This document shows, piece by piece, positions 1-12,856 of a stretch of 64,000 nt of DNA; position 1 is the stretch's first letter; each line of letters starts with the position of its first letter. A model generated the notes under the pieces. That model had not been told where the DNA came from, searched no databases, and saw only the letters and a list, made by a program, of their open reading frames with translations. Origin of the DNA: Hormiphora californensis (taxonomy: Eukaryota; Animalia; Ctenophora); the NCBI GenBank assembly GCA_020137815.1, contig CM035354.1, positions 7,564,001-7,628,000 of the forward strand, written 5' to 3'. The translations under genes and the position numbers were made by a program.

Positions 1-232
1 AAGGTTGTTAAACCATAAATGGAAGATGTGAGTTATATGTACATGTACAGTGTGAATATGGTAATGTATTAATTGCACTGAACTGCTGTAGACATCACCC
101 ACTCACTTCATACACACACAACACCCACACACATGACCAAGCCTGTACGACAGGTTATTGATCACCGGCTGTATTACAGCACGAGAGAGCCGTCACTAGT
201 ATCGTGCAGTGATCCGAAGATCATGATAACAA

Positions 233-589
233 TTAATATGACGTGATCAACTGCTATAGCCCAACTGTTCATTCTGAGAATTCTGATACAAAGATATTAT
301 TTGCCGTACTGCTATATGAGGTAACTCCAACCCCCCAGTTTCATCTCCTTGTTTAACATGGGAGTTACCAAGGGAATCCACTGAGTTCGATTAATCTAGG
401 CACATACCCACTAGGTATGTGCCTAGATTAATCGAACTCAGTGGATTCCCTTGGTAACTCCCATGTTAAACAAGGAGATGAAACTGGGGGGTTGGAGTTA
501 CCTCATATAGCAGTACGGCAAATAATATCTTTGTATCAGAATTCTCAGAATGAACAGTTGGGCTATAGCAGTTGATCACGTCATATTAA
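233..589. mobile_element. Perfect foldback palindrome (176-bp arms, 5-nt loop) bounded by TTAA; probable non-autonomous DNA transposon
   Basis: 233-408 is the exact reverse complement of 414-589; loop CACTA at 409-413; TTAA at both ends; no ORF. Confidence 0.75.
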
Positions 590-882
590 CAGTGTGAATA
601 GTTTACATTGATCTTTACACAAATTTTACACTCAACACAGTCCAGCTGCTTCCTACTTTTCCCAGTTTTCGTCACAAACAAAATGTGGAGATCTCTCTTC
701 CCCCGCAACAATAATTTTCCTTTTCTGATATAGTTATCTGACATCAATCTAGCCCTGATTCCCCCGCTATGATAATAATTCTAGATACAGATCAAGTCAG
801 ATCACCCGTCACAGGACAACCTCATAACCCCGGTCATTATCAACTCAATCGACAGTTTCACCCGATACTTGCAGCGGTGATT

Positions 883-3205
883 TCACCCAACAATCATAGC
901 CTCACTAGCAGGCATATCAATTTGTGCAGTGAGCACAGGAGCATTCCTACCTCTCACATACACAAAGACATTGATAGAATCAGTGATACCCTGTTCGCTG
1001 GTACACCGTACCATTATATTAACAGTATAGGTTAGAGTGGGTACTAGCAGAGGCAGAGTTATGTAACATTTCTCTAACACATACAGATTATCATTTGTAA
1101 CAAGCATGATGTAAGCCCCTGTTATTGGTGTCGTGTTTGAGGTGTTCATAACTTCAATTGTCAGCCGAAACATTGGCCCTATTCCCTGAACATTTGCTGA
1201 TATTTTGAGCGGTGCTGCAGCGGTCAGAGATACCGGTGTCATCTTCTTCTGGAGTGCATTTACATAGTTCTGAGCGGTAGTCAGGCGGAGTTTGTAGAGG
1301 TCATGCTGGAACTGGCGGTGCATCGCAACACCGTTCTCCCTCTCTCTCATGGTCTGTTCAACAAAGGTTTTAGTTTTCCTGGGCACGTTCAGTTTCTGGT
1401 ACTGCTGGGGCGAGGGACCAATGGCTCCAGTAGCTATTCCTTGGGTTAGATCTGCATTTCGTTTCAGAATAAACACCACGAGGCCACCTGATTTTGTGAT
1501 CACTACAAGGGAGGACTCCTCTCTGTCGTACCGTCCAAATTGCATCATTGCAGGGGTATCAGGACAGGAGAGAGAGTCGATGAGGAACTTATCTCTGTAG
1601 AGACGTATCTCGTTGTTAGAGAACCCAACTAGAATACCTGAGGGAGAAAGGAGTGGTTAGAGAGAGAGAGAACTAATTGTCAGTACTTTGGTAGTTAATA
1701 TGATTCAATAATCAGGTTATAAGACATTAAAAAGTTGAAACAAAGCAAAAAATATACCTTTGAAGGTTTTAGCTTTGAAATCCATAGCAGCGACACAAGT
1801 AATCTGGTTATCGAAATTAATGCTCCACAGGTTCTTGATTTTGTTGCTATAGCATATCAGAGAGTTGTCCATTGTAGCAATTACAATATTCTTGCCCAAC
1901 CTCTCAATACCAATTGGGTGAGCATTGAGTGTGATGGAGAATTTGGGTGTCGAGAGCCCCTTTTTTAGCACCAAAACACTCCCATTTCGGCATGCTACCA
2001 GAATCCTGTAATCCACATCATACAAACCCGTTGATCGGATAAACACTGGCTCAGATGGGAGGCTCTGCCGAATCAGAACTGTAAAAGCCTCCGGGTCTAA
2101 AATGAAAAGCTCCCTATTTTCAGTTCCAATCAGCAGACAGCTGATGGCATCATCGTCAGCGTGAGACTTCCTCAGAGTGTCCAGAGATGTGATGACAGTT
2201 TGCCGCTTGAGGGGATTATCTCGGTATACCGCTATAAAGTGGGATCTCTGGTGGACGGAGGTCTGGAGGAACTTGGAGGAGAGAGGGGTGAGGGGCACGG
2301 CATCAGAATCATTCTTTATACTCTCCAACATATCGTATAACATCTGTACATCTATCTTATCGTTCTGAAACGAATTTATTATTTATTGGGCGCCAGGTGG
2401 GGGAGTGAAGACAAAGAGAAATAATATATAACGTTGATCAGCGAGAGATTGGACTCCAATGTTATATTAGCTTTCTGAAAGATAACAAGTAGAAAAGTAA
2501 CACACATACCTTAGCTTGTTCCCAAAGGTCTTGCTCCAGTTGATTTATCTCGAGAGAGGGGAGGGTGAACTTGAAGAAGGGACGTGTGTTCTTGTACACA
2601 TAAATGTAAGGTCCAGCTGCTAGTGCTAGGGCGGGTATACGGGGCTCTGTGAGGTCTACGTAGAAGGATACAATTGCTGTTGGAGTCTCAATGATATTTG
2701 TTTCAAAATTGAGAGATGTCCCGCTGTAGACCTGGGGAGAGAGGTATTACTAGGAGGGAAGTTTCTAATTAGTGAGGGGGTGAGGAGTGGGTGTCTAATT
2801 AGTGATAAATGGGGGGGGTGTAATCGGTGGGAAATGAGGAAGTGATTCAGAACTGAGCAACAATTGAACAAACATATACACACGGCAAACCTAAGGTATT
2901 GCCATACAACGGCCAAAGGGTAAACGGTGGTATAAAGATTGAGGTATAAAGATTGAGATATATAAAGCTACACGCATGTCGCAAGTGCAGTGTATTCAAA
3001 AGTCATTTGGTTTTGTATTAATTAGTAACAAATATGAAATTCAGTGCATTACCTTTAACTTTGGGGGCCATGAGAGGTTTCCATTGTCCGCTACAACAAA
3101 TTGATGTGTTGGTTGGCCGTACACATTTGTTAGGGAGATACAGGATTGGAATGTGTGAAGGTTGGCTACTGGGTCCGAATGGGCTGACAACCAGATCTCA
3201 CTCAT
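883..3205 (-). CDS. BBS1: Bardet-Biedl syndrome 1 protein (BBSome subunit), 4 exons, about 578 aa
   Basis: Exons 3205-3053, 2731-2510, 2364-1758 and 1637-883 with GT-AG borders splice in frame. N-terminus WLSAHSDPVANLHTF, plus GPYIYVYKNTRPFFKFTLP, LLIGTENRELFILDPEAF, FGRYDREESSLV and KLNVPRKTKTFVEQTMRERE match the BBS1 family. Confidence 0.96.
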
Positions 3206-3226
3206 GCTAGAAAATATGATGGGTTA

Positions 3227-3459
3227 AAGTTGGATTTTTTGAAGTTGTCACCACCCCCCCCCCCCCCCCCCCGGGTGCCGCACGAGTTTTTATTTGCACA
3301 CCGGAAACTTGTTATAGCTCTCACGCCTTTGTTTCTTGACCAATTCTTTCCGATGAAATGCGGCTTTTTTGCCGAAAAGTGAGAGGAAGTGGGGGCTGTC
3401 ACGCGCAAATACAACGCCTGCACACGTGAAATGGGGGTGACAACTTCAAAATCCGACTT
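3227..3459. mobile_element. MITE family A (TIR AAGTYGGATTTTTTGAAGTTGTCACC), TA-flanked
   Basis: Inverted termini at about 3227-3252 and 3435-3459; the same TIR recurs at 58679-58828. Confidence 0.7.
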
Positions 3460-4472
3460 TAGCTATCTTTAGTATAGGAATGTAAAATAACAAGTGTTTC
3501 TGCTCATCTATTTCTATCTACTCTGTCTCTAAAGTATACAATATACAACCTATACCCTGATAGCGACCAGTCAAAAAGTTCAAAAGCCATCAGGAGATCA
3601 GACTCGCCACAGTATGAGAGAACAAATTGCGATTAACTCCAAATTCCCCCTTTCTCTGTGAGGTAGCTTCTCCTCGGCTATCGAAAAATGATGCCAATCG
3701 GAGATGGGGTATTATCTTACCCACTGTAAGCACATTGTCAATTGTAGTTCGTTGGTTGCATTTATATTTCCGACAGAACGTTCACCTGCTTGCTCCATTC
3801 ATCTGACCCATCTAAAGTCAAATCAAATCAAATCAAATCAAATCAAATTAAATTTACACAATCTAAACGCGTGCGGATTTCCCAGCGAGTGGGTCCTCCT
3901 TGTCAAGTCTTAACTCAAAATATTAAAATCGAATCGCCCCGTCATGTGGTCAGTCATCAGCAAAATCACACACAGCAAAATCACACACAGCAAAATCACA
4001 CACAGCTAAGATTTCGCCGCCTGACTGAAGTCATTCGGGACCGTGGGGTACCTCTCACGGAGGCTGTCCTGTTCCTTGAAAGACCACTCTTAAACCTGCA
4101 GTCACAAAGGGTCACTCTCGGCGCCAAAAGTTTTGTCTTTAGTATTATGTAGTTTAGGACTCCTGTAAAATAGAGCGTTCCTGCCTCTGGTGACCTATCT
4201 AATCTCTCTTTCACTTGTCTCTGAAGTCTACAACCTAAACCCTGCTAGCGAGCTATAAAAAAGCCACAAGGAGACTTGCCTCAACATGATAGGCCATCCG
4301 ACAGTAACTCGTAGCTTTCACCTACTTGCTCCATTCCTCTGACCCATTAAAACGTTCAATTTTAAAGCAGACTTTTTTTTCAAATGTTCACCCCAAACTC
4401 GTGAACAATCCGTGCACGAAAAGGGGGGAGTGCCGAGTGAACTGTGAACATTGAACATTTGAAATAACCTAA

Positions 4473-4614
4473 AGTCTTTTTTTTCAACTGCTCCCCCAAA
4501 CTCATGAAATTGTGAAATTGGTAATTTTAGATACGCACACCACACGTTAACATGTGATAGGCACGCAAAACAAATCTGTGCACTAATTTAGGGGGAACAG
4601 TTGAAAAAATGGAG
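4473..4614. mobile_element. MITE family B (about 150 bp; TIR AGTCCATTTTTTTCAACTGTTCACCCC; core ACGTTAACATGTGATA)
   Basis: Homologous to copies at 57308-57455, 58831-58980 and 59023-59174; TA at both flanks. Confidence 0.75.
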
Positions 4615-4616
4615 TA

Positions 4617-5820
4617 TAACGGGTGATAACTAAAAATTGTTACTGATTTGAAACGGCTGTATAATTTTTCCCTTTGGAGATACAGCTTCAGGCCCGTAAT
4701 AGAACGATTTTTTAGACAATTTTGAATCAGAATAATATATCTTCAAAGAATAAAAAGTTCATTTTCATTGCGATATCGGGTCATTTTCTTTTGCCCCACC
4801 AATGCATGTAGTACGGAATATCTACACATTTTTCTAGCACCTCTAGCGCCTGTTCTGTTTGAGATACAGCTTCGGGATAGTGATAGAATGATTTTTCAGA
4901 CAATTTTGAACGGAATTAACTTTGGCAGGGACGGCGCTCGTGGGTGTCCGCGGACACCCAGACCAGAAAGACGGAAAGAGAAAAGAAGAAAAAATGGAAA
5001 AAAACAAAAAAATTGAAAAAAATCGATGAAAACTGCGAAATTTTGGATTTGCGTGCAGCCGGGTGACCGGAGCTCTGCCGGACACCCGGGTGCACTGCAC
5101 GCACCTGTAATGCACGGCAGAGCATAAAGAGGGTTCTTCCGCGCGCCACAGTGCATTTTGACGTGACCAGGGTGTCCGGTTCACCCAGAAAATTGTGTGT
5201 GCGCGCGGATGATTTTTTTCTCGTGATCAGGAAACTTTCATCTTTTATTCCATTTTACACAAAAGGAGTTCAGAAATGCTTAAAATCGATTAAATACGCC
5301 TAAAAATGTCCGAAATTTTCGGGGGGCTTCGCCCCCTCAACCCCCACCGGGGCTTGCAGCCCCTGGACCCTTGCCTTTGGTTCAGACAATTTCCTGATCA
5401 CAGAATCTTCTATAACAAACCCTCCAAAGCGTAGTTTACAGGTAATTTGAGAGATAACCATTTTTACGATCTCTTGAAACATTTTTGACGCAGAAAACCA
5501 ACTTCCTGATGAGCTAAAATGTTCAAACTTGGCAGTTATGTTGGTTATGTCATGAACAACCAAACTTCCAATTTTGAGAATCGGGAAGGGTGTTTCTGAT
5601 AGCATAGAAATTTCGAATATCCGTACTACATGCTTTGTTGGGACAAGAGGAAATGATGCGATATCGCAATGAAAATGAACTTTTCAGTCTTTGCCGTTAT
5701 GTTATTCTGATTCAAAATTGTCTGAAAGATCGTTCTAATACAGGCCCGAAGCTGTATCTCAAAAGGGAAAAATTATACAGCCGTTTCAAATTAGTAACAA
5801 CTTTTAGTTATCACCCGTTA
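4617..5820. mobile_element. Non-autonomous TIR element with about 200-bp diverged TIRs (ends TAACGGGTGATAACT / AGTTATCACCCGTTA)
   Basis: 4617-4820 is an imperfect reverse complement of about 5615-5820; TA at termini; the interior holds GC-rich mini-palindromes (TGGGTGTCCGCGGACACCCA, GGGGGCTTCGCCCCC); no transposase ORF. Confidence 0.7.
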
Positions 5821-5846
5821 CTTTCTCGGGCGCCGTTACGAGAAAC

Positions 5847-6265
5847 CCCAACCCTAACCCTACTTTAGCCCTAACCCTAAAAAACCGTTTGTCAGCACTC
5901 ACGAAACACCCAGATTTTAGCGCTGGCCTACTTTCTCAGACTGAGAATCTCTTGGCATGCTCTGCAGACCCCTAGGCCTAGTTTGCGTGTTTCCCACGGC
6001 TTTCATTGGGGACTGCAGCGTAAAGAGAATCTCAGTGACCTGGTCTTTTCACTTAGGGCTTGATTATAATCTGGGTGCCTTGCAGCCTGTTTACAGGTGT
6101 GCGCTACCAAAAGAGTACACTTAGACCGACTTTTTTCAAACGGCTATAGCCACGCAACCACATGGCCAATTTGAGTAAACTAAACGGTAACTGATAGAGA
6201 ATCGATAGCCCTAACCGATAACCCTAAACCAAACCCAAACCAGACCCTAACGGATAGCCCTAACC
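5847..6265. repeat. Dispersed repeat containing degenerate telomere-like (CCCTAA)n
   Basis: AACCCTAACCCTACTTTAGCCCTAACCCTAAAAAACCGTTTGTCAGCACTCAC at 5850-5902 recurs at about 58243-58299; GCCTGTTTACAGGTGTGCGCT occurs at both 6084 and 57973. Confidence 0.7.
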
Positions 6266-6336
6266 CGTTGCGTGCGCTAAAACTACGAATTGTTAGCAAT
6301 GAAAGGCACCCAGATTTTAACGTTTTCCTTTCACTT

Positions 6337-6488
6337 ATGAGGAGGCTCGGAAATGTTCATGTCATGCACATTCAAGTCACGCCTACCAATCACAGCTCAG
6401 AACGGCTCTTGCGATCCGCGCGTTCTGAGTTGTGATTGGTGGGCGTGACTTGAATGTGCATGACATGAACATTTCCGAGCCTCCTCAT
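6337..6488. mobile_element. Hairpin MITE containing CCAAT and GC-box-like motifs
   Basis: About 68-bp near-perfect inverted arms ATGAGGAGGCTCGGAAATG...CATTTCCGAGCCTCCTCAT. Confidence 0.65.
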
Positions 6489-6867
6489 TTCAAAACATTT
6501 TGGATCGGTCGGAACTCGGACGGAGCTGGGCCCCAACGTGTCCCTGTGCGTCCGGGCCAGGTGTGGCATCCACGGTAATAGTCAGGGGTATCGGGTGAAA
6601 CCCCCAAAAGTAGGACCAGGGGCGCACAGCGGGTGTACGGATCTGAGCCTCCGCGAATGGTAGCTTTGTTTAAGATTCATAAATTTTAAAAATGATAAAA
6701 AAATTCAAACCGCGCCAGCTCAGCTCAGCTCAGCTCAGCCAGTTTCAAGAAAAGAATTACAGATTTATGCGCTGCAATCCCCAAATGCGCGTGCGCGTTA
6801 CAATCCAGAGCTGAGTCCGACAAAAAAAACTGGAACCAGTTCCGAAAATTCAAAAGTGCGAAAAACA

Positions 6868-6986
6868 AGTTGGAATGCGCTGCAGCCCCCTCATGCGCGC
6901 ACCCCCGCAACGAGGGGACTGAAGGGAATGCCGCGCGCGCGTTTGGCCTGAGCTCAGGACGGGCCCGGCTGGGTCGAAGATAACTT
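6868..6986. repeat. GC-rich dispersed repeat
   Basis: Reverse-complement copy at about 58333-58440 (shared core GGAATGCGCTGCAGCCCCCTCATGCGCGCACCCCCGCAACGAGGGGACTG). Confidence 0.8.
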
Positions 6987-7800
6987 TGCGAGCGAAAAAA
7001 CGGCGGTGCTTATAACTTTGGCCCCTGAAGTCCGTTTTGCTTGATTCTTTCACTAGCTGTTAGATCTGACAATTATCTACCTTGCTGTTTTTGAGAGAAG
7101 TTAATTGGATTTAAGGAGGCTGAGCAATAGCCGTTGAAAGATGGGTTGTTTTCAAAAAGTGACGTCACAGATTCTTGCAGGGACACCTTTTTAAAAATTT
7201 CATTCAAATTTTGATTTTACCGCACTCGATTTTGCGGAGTTTGGTTCATATCTCCTGTTCCTGATAAGATAGAGACCTGAAACCGGTTGCATTTGAAAGC
7301 TGTTATCTTCCTCTTTCCAACGCTACCAAAACGATTTCTGTACCTTATCTGGAACCGGAGATATGATTGATTATGTATTCCCCCCAGCGCGGTATTCCCT
7401 CCAGGCCCCTTATATTATATTATAAGGGGCCTGCAACGTATGCCAAAAAAACAAGCTTGGCATGCGCTGCAGACCCCAAGTGCGCGCGTTTTCCACGGCT
7501 TCTAGGGCCTGTAGCATAGGCCAAAAAACAAGCTGTTTTCTTCCGGTTTCCAGTTGTCTAGGCACAAAGAAGTATGGAGGGGGAGTGCGTGAGCTAATTT
7601 TAGGGTTTGGTGAGCTCAAAGGCGTTGAGACCGATATTTTTTTGCCAAAATATTGTCCCCCGAAACCGAAAATTACACATTTCTGAGCGATAAAGTCTAA
7701 GATGCACCCTAAACCGCATCTCCATTCGATTGATTGCAATGTAATCTTGATAATCAATAACCATATTTTGAAAACTAAACTTAATGCAATAATTAGGGTC

Positions 7801-9461
7801 ATGGGAAACGTTGCAGCATCCGCCAAGTCACCAGATCCGTTCGCGTCACTCCCGGAGCTGACCGTGGAATCGCTGAGCGAACCTCCCAAAAGTGATGATG
7901 GCCCTTCAGCACCCGCATCAAAATCCAAAAACCCCGGATCTTTCGAAGAACTACCTCGACAGACTAAAGAGGTCTTTCCAACACCGTTCGAGGGATGCAA
8001 GTTTTCCTGGAATAAAATGATCACGGAACGTTTCCAAGCATCACATTCCATCATGATGTCCTCGTTTAAACCCCCTGCATACAAATTCGGAGCAACATAC
8101 GTTGGTGGCATGAAGCTGGGGCCCAACGAACAATATCCTGTGTTAATAAGGTACTTCAGCATTTGATCACATTTCACTTCTTGAAACGATGATTTAAACG
8201 ACATTATTTATAACACATTTCCCTCAGTGAGTATGGTGGCGGAATTGTTCAGTTCCAAGCTATTCACAGCTTCTCAAAACAAGTACAAGCAAAGGCCGTG
8301 GTACACGCAACAGATAAAACATGGTCAATGTACCAAGGTAAGCAGACATTAGTATATATCCCTGCCCTTTCTTAGTTCAAGTATGTTGGTGTATATCCCC
8401 TGTCCTTTTATTTCTTATTTCAAGATTATTCGTTTGTAATTGGTAATGGTAATGCATTATTATAACTCACTTTGTACCGTGTTTATACAGGTGATATTGG
8501 CTACAAGGGTAAAGATTTCTCAATGCAACTGACGGGTGTAAATGCCAGCATCATCAATCCTCAGGGAATCTGGGTCGCCCACTATCTCCAGGTAATGATA
8601 ATAGTATGATAGGTTTGCCTTGTTCTACCATCTCTGTGCGATGGCTGATGCCGAGGGTTAGAACAAGTTTAGATATATCGGTGGCACGATCTGTTTCTAT
8701 ATTCACCCCATGCTAGTGTATAATAAACATGACACATTTAATAACCGTCCATACGCTGTTTGTTTACATCTTCAGAAACTGTAAAGATTAAATCAGCAGT
8801 TAAGTAATTATCCAGACTAATATTTTATATTTGTATTTTCAGTCGGTAACGGATAAATTATCGCTGGGTGGAGAGTTGTTGTTCCAGCATGGTATGGGTG
8901 CCAAGAATGCTGCTCTAACATTGGGTGGCAGGTTTAGGGATGGAGATACAGAGTGTAAGTGATGTCTTCCTGGATCTAGAGACACTTCCCAGGCTCTCTA
9001 TCTTTCTCTCTTAAATCGGTTTCGTACTTCGTAGTGCTGATACTTTTGCTCACTTACAACACTAAAATGTATTTCGTGGTTCGTTGTTTTGTCAATTCCC
9101 TGCAATGTACTACATTTTCTCAGTCTAGGTCTAACAATCCATTTCCCTCAGTTATGGTAAAGACGGGGGAACAATCAACAAACATTAGGTTTCTACGTAA
9201 AGGGCAATGAACAGGTTGAGTGTGCCTGTCGAGTTTGAGTACGTGAAACAGATGGGAGAATCAATAACCTACACTCGGGCTACTTGTGTTGACCTACCCA
9301 AGGGACTATCCAAGTTCAGGGGCTCCATTGACACCGACTGGTCCGTAGCTGGTGTTCTTGAAAAACGATTCGAGGCATTCCCCTTCGCGTTCACCCTATC
9401 GGGACTGTTAAATCATAAGAAAAACCAAGCGAAGTTTGGGATAGGGTTTACTATTGGGTAA
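7801..9461 (+). CDS. TOMM40: Mitochondrial import receptor subunit TOM40, 5 exons; last exon has apparent indel errors
   Basis: Exons 7801-8150, 8228-8337, 8491-8591, 8843-8954, 9152-9461. Motifs NPGSFEEL, FQASHSI, YKFGATYVG, HYLQSVTDKLSLGGEL and GSIDTDWSVAGVLEKR...AKFGIGFTIG. The frame is broken at about 9165-9230. Confidence 0.94.
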
Positions 9462-9801
9462 AGACGGTGTGTGACTCCTCTCTCTTCCCCCTTCCGTGAC
9501 AGCTGAGATGATTTTGTAAATTTTATATCGCCATATCTTTTAAGTTATTATTAGCGCCCTTATATTTTTTAATCTCCGTGTCGAATTTCTCGTGTTTTCC
9601 TCTCTCTTCCCTCCACCTGTCATGTTGTAGACGGTACAACTGTCCATTTCCTCCTTTTAACCCTCCCCATATTTGGCGTAATAAATGTTAGGTCGTTGCA
9701 GAAAGATCTTCATTTCCCAATATTTTCTTTCTGGGACCACCTAATGCTGTATATATATGCCCAGTCCCCTTCTAACCCTCCCATTTCTGCAATCTCTAGA
9801 T

Positions 9802-12780
9802 ATGCCAAGTGTTAGCGAAAGCTCCGAGGGGGCCGGTCTTGCCCAATTTGACACACCACGAGTGGTAAACAACCCGGTAGGATGGGGACCAATCTCTATT
9901 CCGGAGCGGTTCAAGGATATTCCCTATCAACCGTTTAGCAAGAGTGACAATCTTGGACAGGTGCGTGACGTCACGCAATTTAACTAGCCAATCACATGCG
10001 AGAATGTGTACTCGTGTAATAATGTCCGAGTGAACTATCCTACTTTTCTCTATCCATTGTGTAGTAGGGAGACTCACCAGAACAATACAATATCATATGC
10101 TCACGACCGGCCACTCTACTCAGTATAATAGTTGTCTTTCCGTTATATAATCCTACTATCGTGAATTAGGATTATGATAATTTCTAGCATAATTGCCTAC
10201 TTATGCCTTTTAGCTCTTGGACTCACATCATTGTATTGTTAGTCCTCCCCGTGTAGTAGACAGTGTACTCATTCTTTCTAAGGAAATCTCGATTCATTTC
10301 TCTCTCTGTTTCGGCTTTCTTTATGATGCGTAAGAGCTGTATTGTTCTGCGTGAGAGAGAGTCTAAATAAGTCTAGTACACTAAAGCCCTTACTTCTCGA
10401 GAAGAGATATAATTCTCTTGAATTCTCTGTCGGTAGTTTTCGCTTTTGTCGTATCTCTCTCCCTGACCGCAAATCATGCCTTTATAGAACCGTCCATGTC
10501 TCTCATTCATTCTGTTTGTTATTTTGTTCTACATCGCCTGACGTCGGTGCGCCTCATGTGCTCTCACAAGTTACTGAGTAAGCAACCTCTTGACCCTCTC
10601 TATGTCTCCTGACAGTTGACACACCTCTCTGTCTCCTGACACCTCCCTCTCTGTCTCCTGACACCTCCCTCTCTGTCTCCTGACACCTCCCTCTCTGTCT
10701 CCTGACACCTCCCTCTCTGTCTCCTAACACCTCCCTCTCTGTCTCCTGACACCTCCCTCTCTCTGTCTCCTGACACCTCCCTCTCTGTCTCCTGACACCT
10801 CCCTCTCTGTCTCCTGACACCTCCCTCTCTGTCTCCTGACACCTCCCTCTCTGTCTCCTAACACCTCTCTCTCTCCCCAGATCACTGACTGGACTGGCAG
10901 TCTCCTGAACGAGAGGTCCAAGTACCGATCTAACTACCACCAGCAGTTTGGTAGTGGAGCTCACTACAGTTATTATCATGAGGAGGATGATAACACTTTC
11001 CAGTTGGTCGACACTACCAAACCCCAGAGGAGTCTTTACCAGAGGTACTGGGAAGATAGAGGGAGAGATAGAGATATGAGATAGAGATACAGAGTGATAC
11101 AGAGAGATACAGTGAGAGAGAAGGGGGATAAATGCCAACAAGTTTATACCGGTTTTCTAAACCTCGCGATACATTTACTAGAGCTATTATCAGGGCATCA
11201 TCGTCTTGCCTCTCAGTTATTGTTCCTAATTTACCCTAGTTTGGTAAAAAAAACCCTTACTTTTTGTTAGTGCTCCTACTTCCTAGTATTTAACTCTGAC
11301 TGGTTTTCAGGTCTCGAGCCAGGTACCAGAATAGGAGGAACCAGAGGCCCACACAGCGTGTCCAGGACCCCAAGACTGGTAGGATGACGGTGCAGCCGAA
11401 ATACAACAACACCAGGAGGAACCATTGGAACTCTAGGAACGATAACAAGAATCAGGTATGGTGCTGTTGTTACTCTCTCAATAATAACCTTCTCTAGTCT
11501 TAATGACTCCACGGATGTAAAGTGAGATTTTTACTTTTACTAGAAAGAGCACGAGAATCAAGATTTCTTGTTCCCCACTGTACACGTTCGGCGTTTTTAC
11601 TCCCCAACTCTCATCCACAGGTCAAGCTGAAGTCCTCGGTTGAGGTTCGAAAGGATTGGGAGCTGAATGTGGAGATCGAGTTCTCTCAGATCTCAAAACT
11701 CCAGCTTCCCTACCCCGCCAAGGAGGTCGTCACTCTGGCCGAGTGTGGTACTGTCGAGTACTATGACAAGAGGTAAGAGCCTGGCACTACTTTCTCTATT
11801 TGAATTTGAGAGGAAGAAGAAGTAAGATGCTGGCTCAGAAATTTTTGATAATTCTGGGAAATCTAGGTTTTCAGGTGAATGCCCTTATATAGTACTTAGT
11901 TGTCGTAGTAGTGCTGAAAAAAGTAAGGTTTTAAACCCATAAAACCTGTAAGATATGTTATATAAAAGTTAGTCACATATATCTCTCATGGTATGATGGG
12001 TTTCTTCCCCTGCCTAATTTCCTACACACGTCACACACATAGTATAGTAAGGGATAAACACTGTTTATAAAGAGATATCTGGAGAGGCGCTGATAAACAT
12101 GATTACACATTCGATCTCGTGTAATTACTCTCCTGATTCATCTCTCCTACTAAATGTATCATTTCACTCTAACCTTATATATTTTTCTCTCCCTCTCATT
12201 TCCCCTCTCTCTCTCGCCATGTAATATATCCTCTCCCTGCTGGCGCCATGGCTCTCTTCTTTCCGGGTTTATATTGGATTTCTGGTACACGTACATGCAA
12301 TGAACTCCAATTGTTGTACAATAATTATAGGAGGAATGTATAATACCCCTCCCCCTCCCCAGGTATGATCGTATCACGACTAAGGCGGAGCGACCGCTCC
12401 AAACCACTAACCGTCTGTTCCACAACATTTCCACTGCTGATGATCCTGTGATCCGAGAGCTGGTGAAGGAAGCCCAGGTGTTCGCTACTGATTCCATCCT
12501 CTCTACTATCATGACGTGTCCCAGGAGTTACTACAGTTGGGATATCATCATCCAGAGGATTGGGAGCAAGTAAGTTGGGAATGTGGGGGATAAAACTGGA
12601 GCTGGAATGTGAGGGGAGGAGTTGAGAGGAATTTTCGAGATGAATAGTTCGAAATGATCGATTAGGTTGCTTGAGTTGTGTAGCCTGGTACCATCTTGTT
12701 AAAGTGATAGGAGATCGAAAAAACATAATGTGTTTGTCCCGTAGTGAACTTTCCCACAGCTCTCTATTTTAGGAGACAGT

Positions 12781-12856
<76 letters not shown>

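Noticed and set aside
3206-7800. Autonomous transposase, tRNA or SL RNA gene in the repeat-rich divergent regions (also 56810-59587)
   Set aside because: No DDE-transposase-like ORF, cloverleaf or convincing leader-plus-Sm-site structure recognised by eye
7410-8204. 264-aa minus-strand ORF
   Set aside because: Antisense shadow of TOMM40 exon 1; no recognisable motifs
10554-11141. Repetitive ORFs ([20 protein letters not shown])
   Set aside because: Translations of the 21-bp intronic minisatellite on the antisense strand of EIF3D
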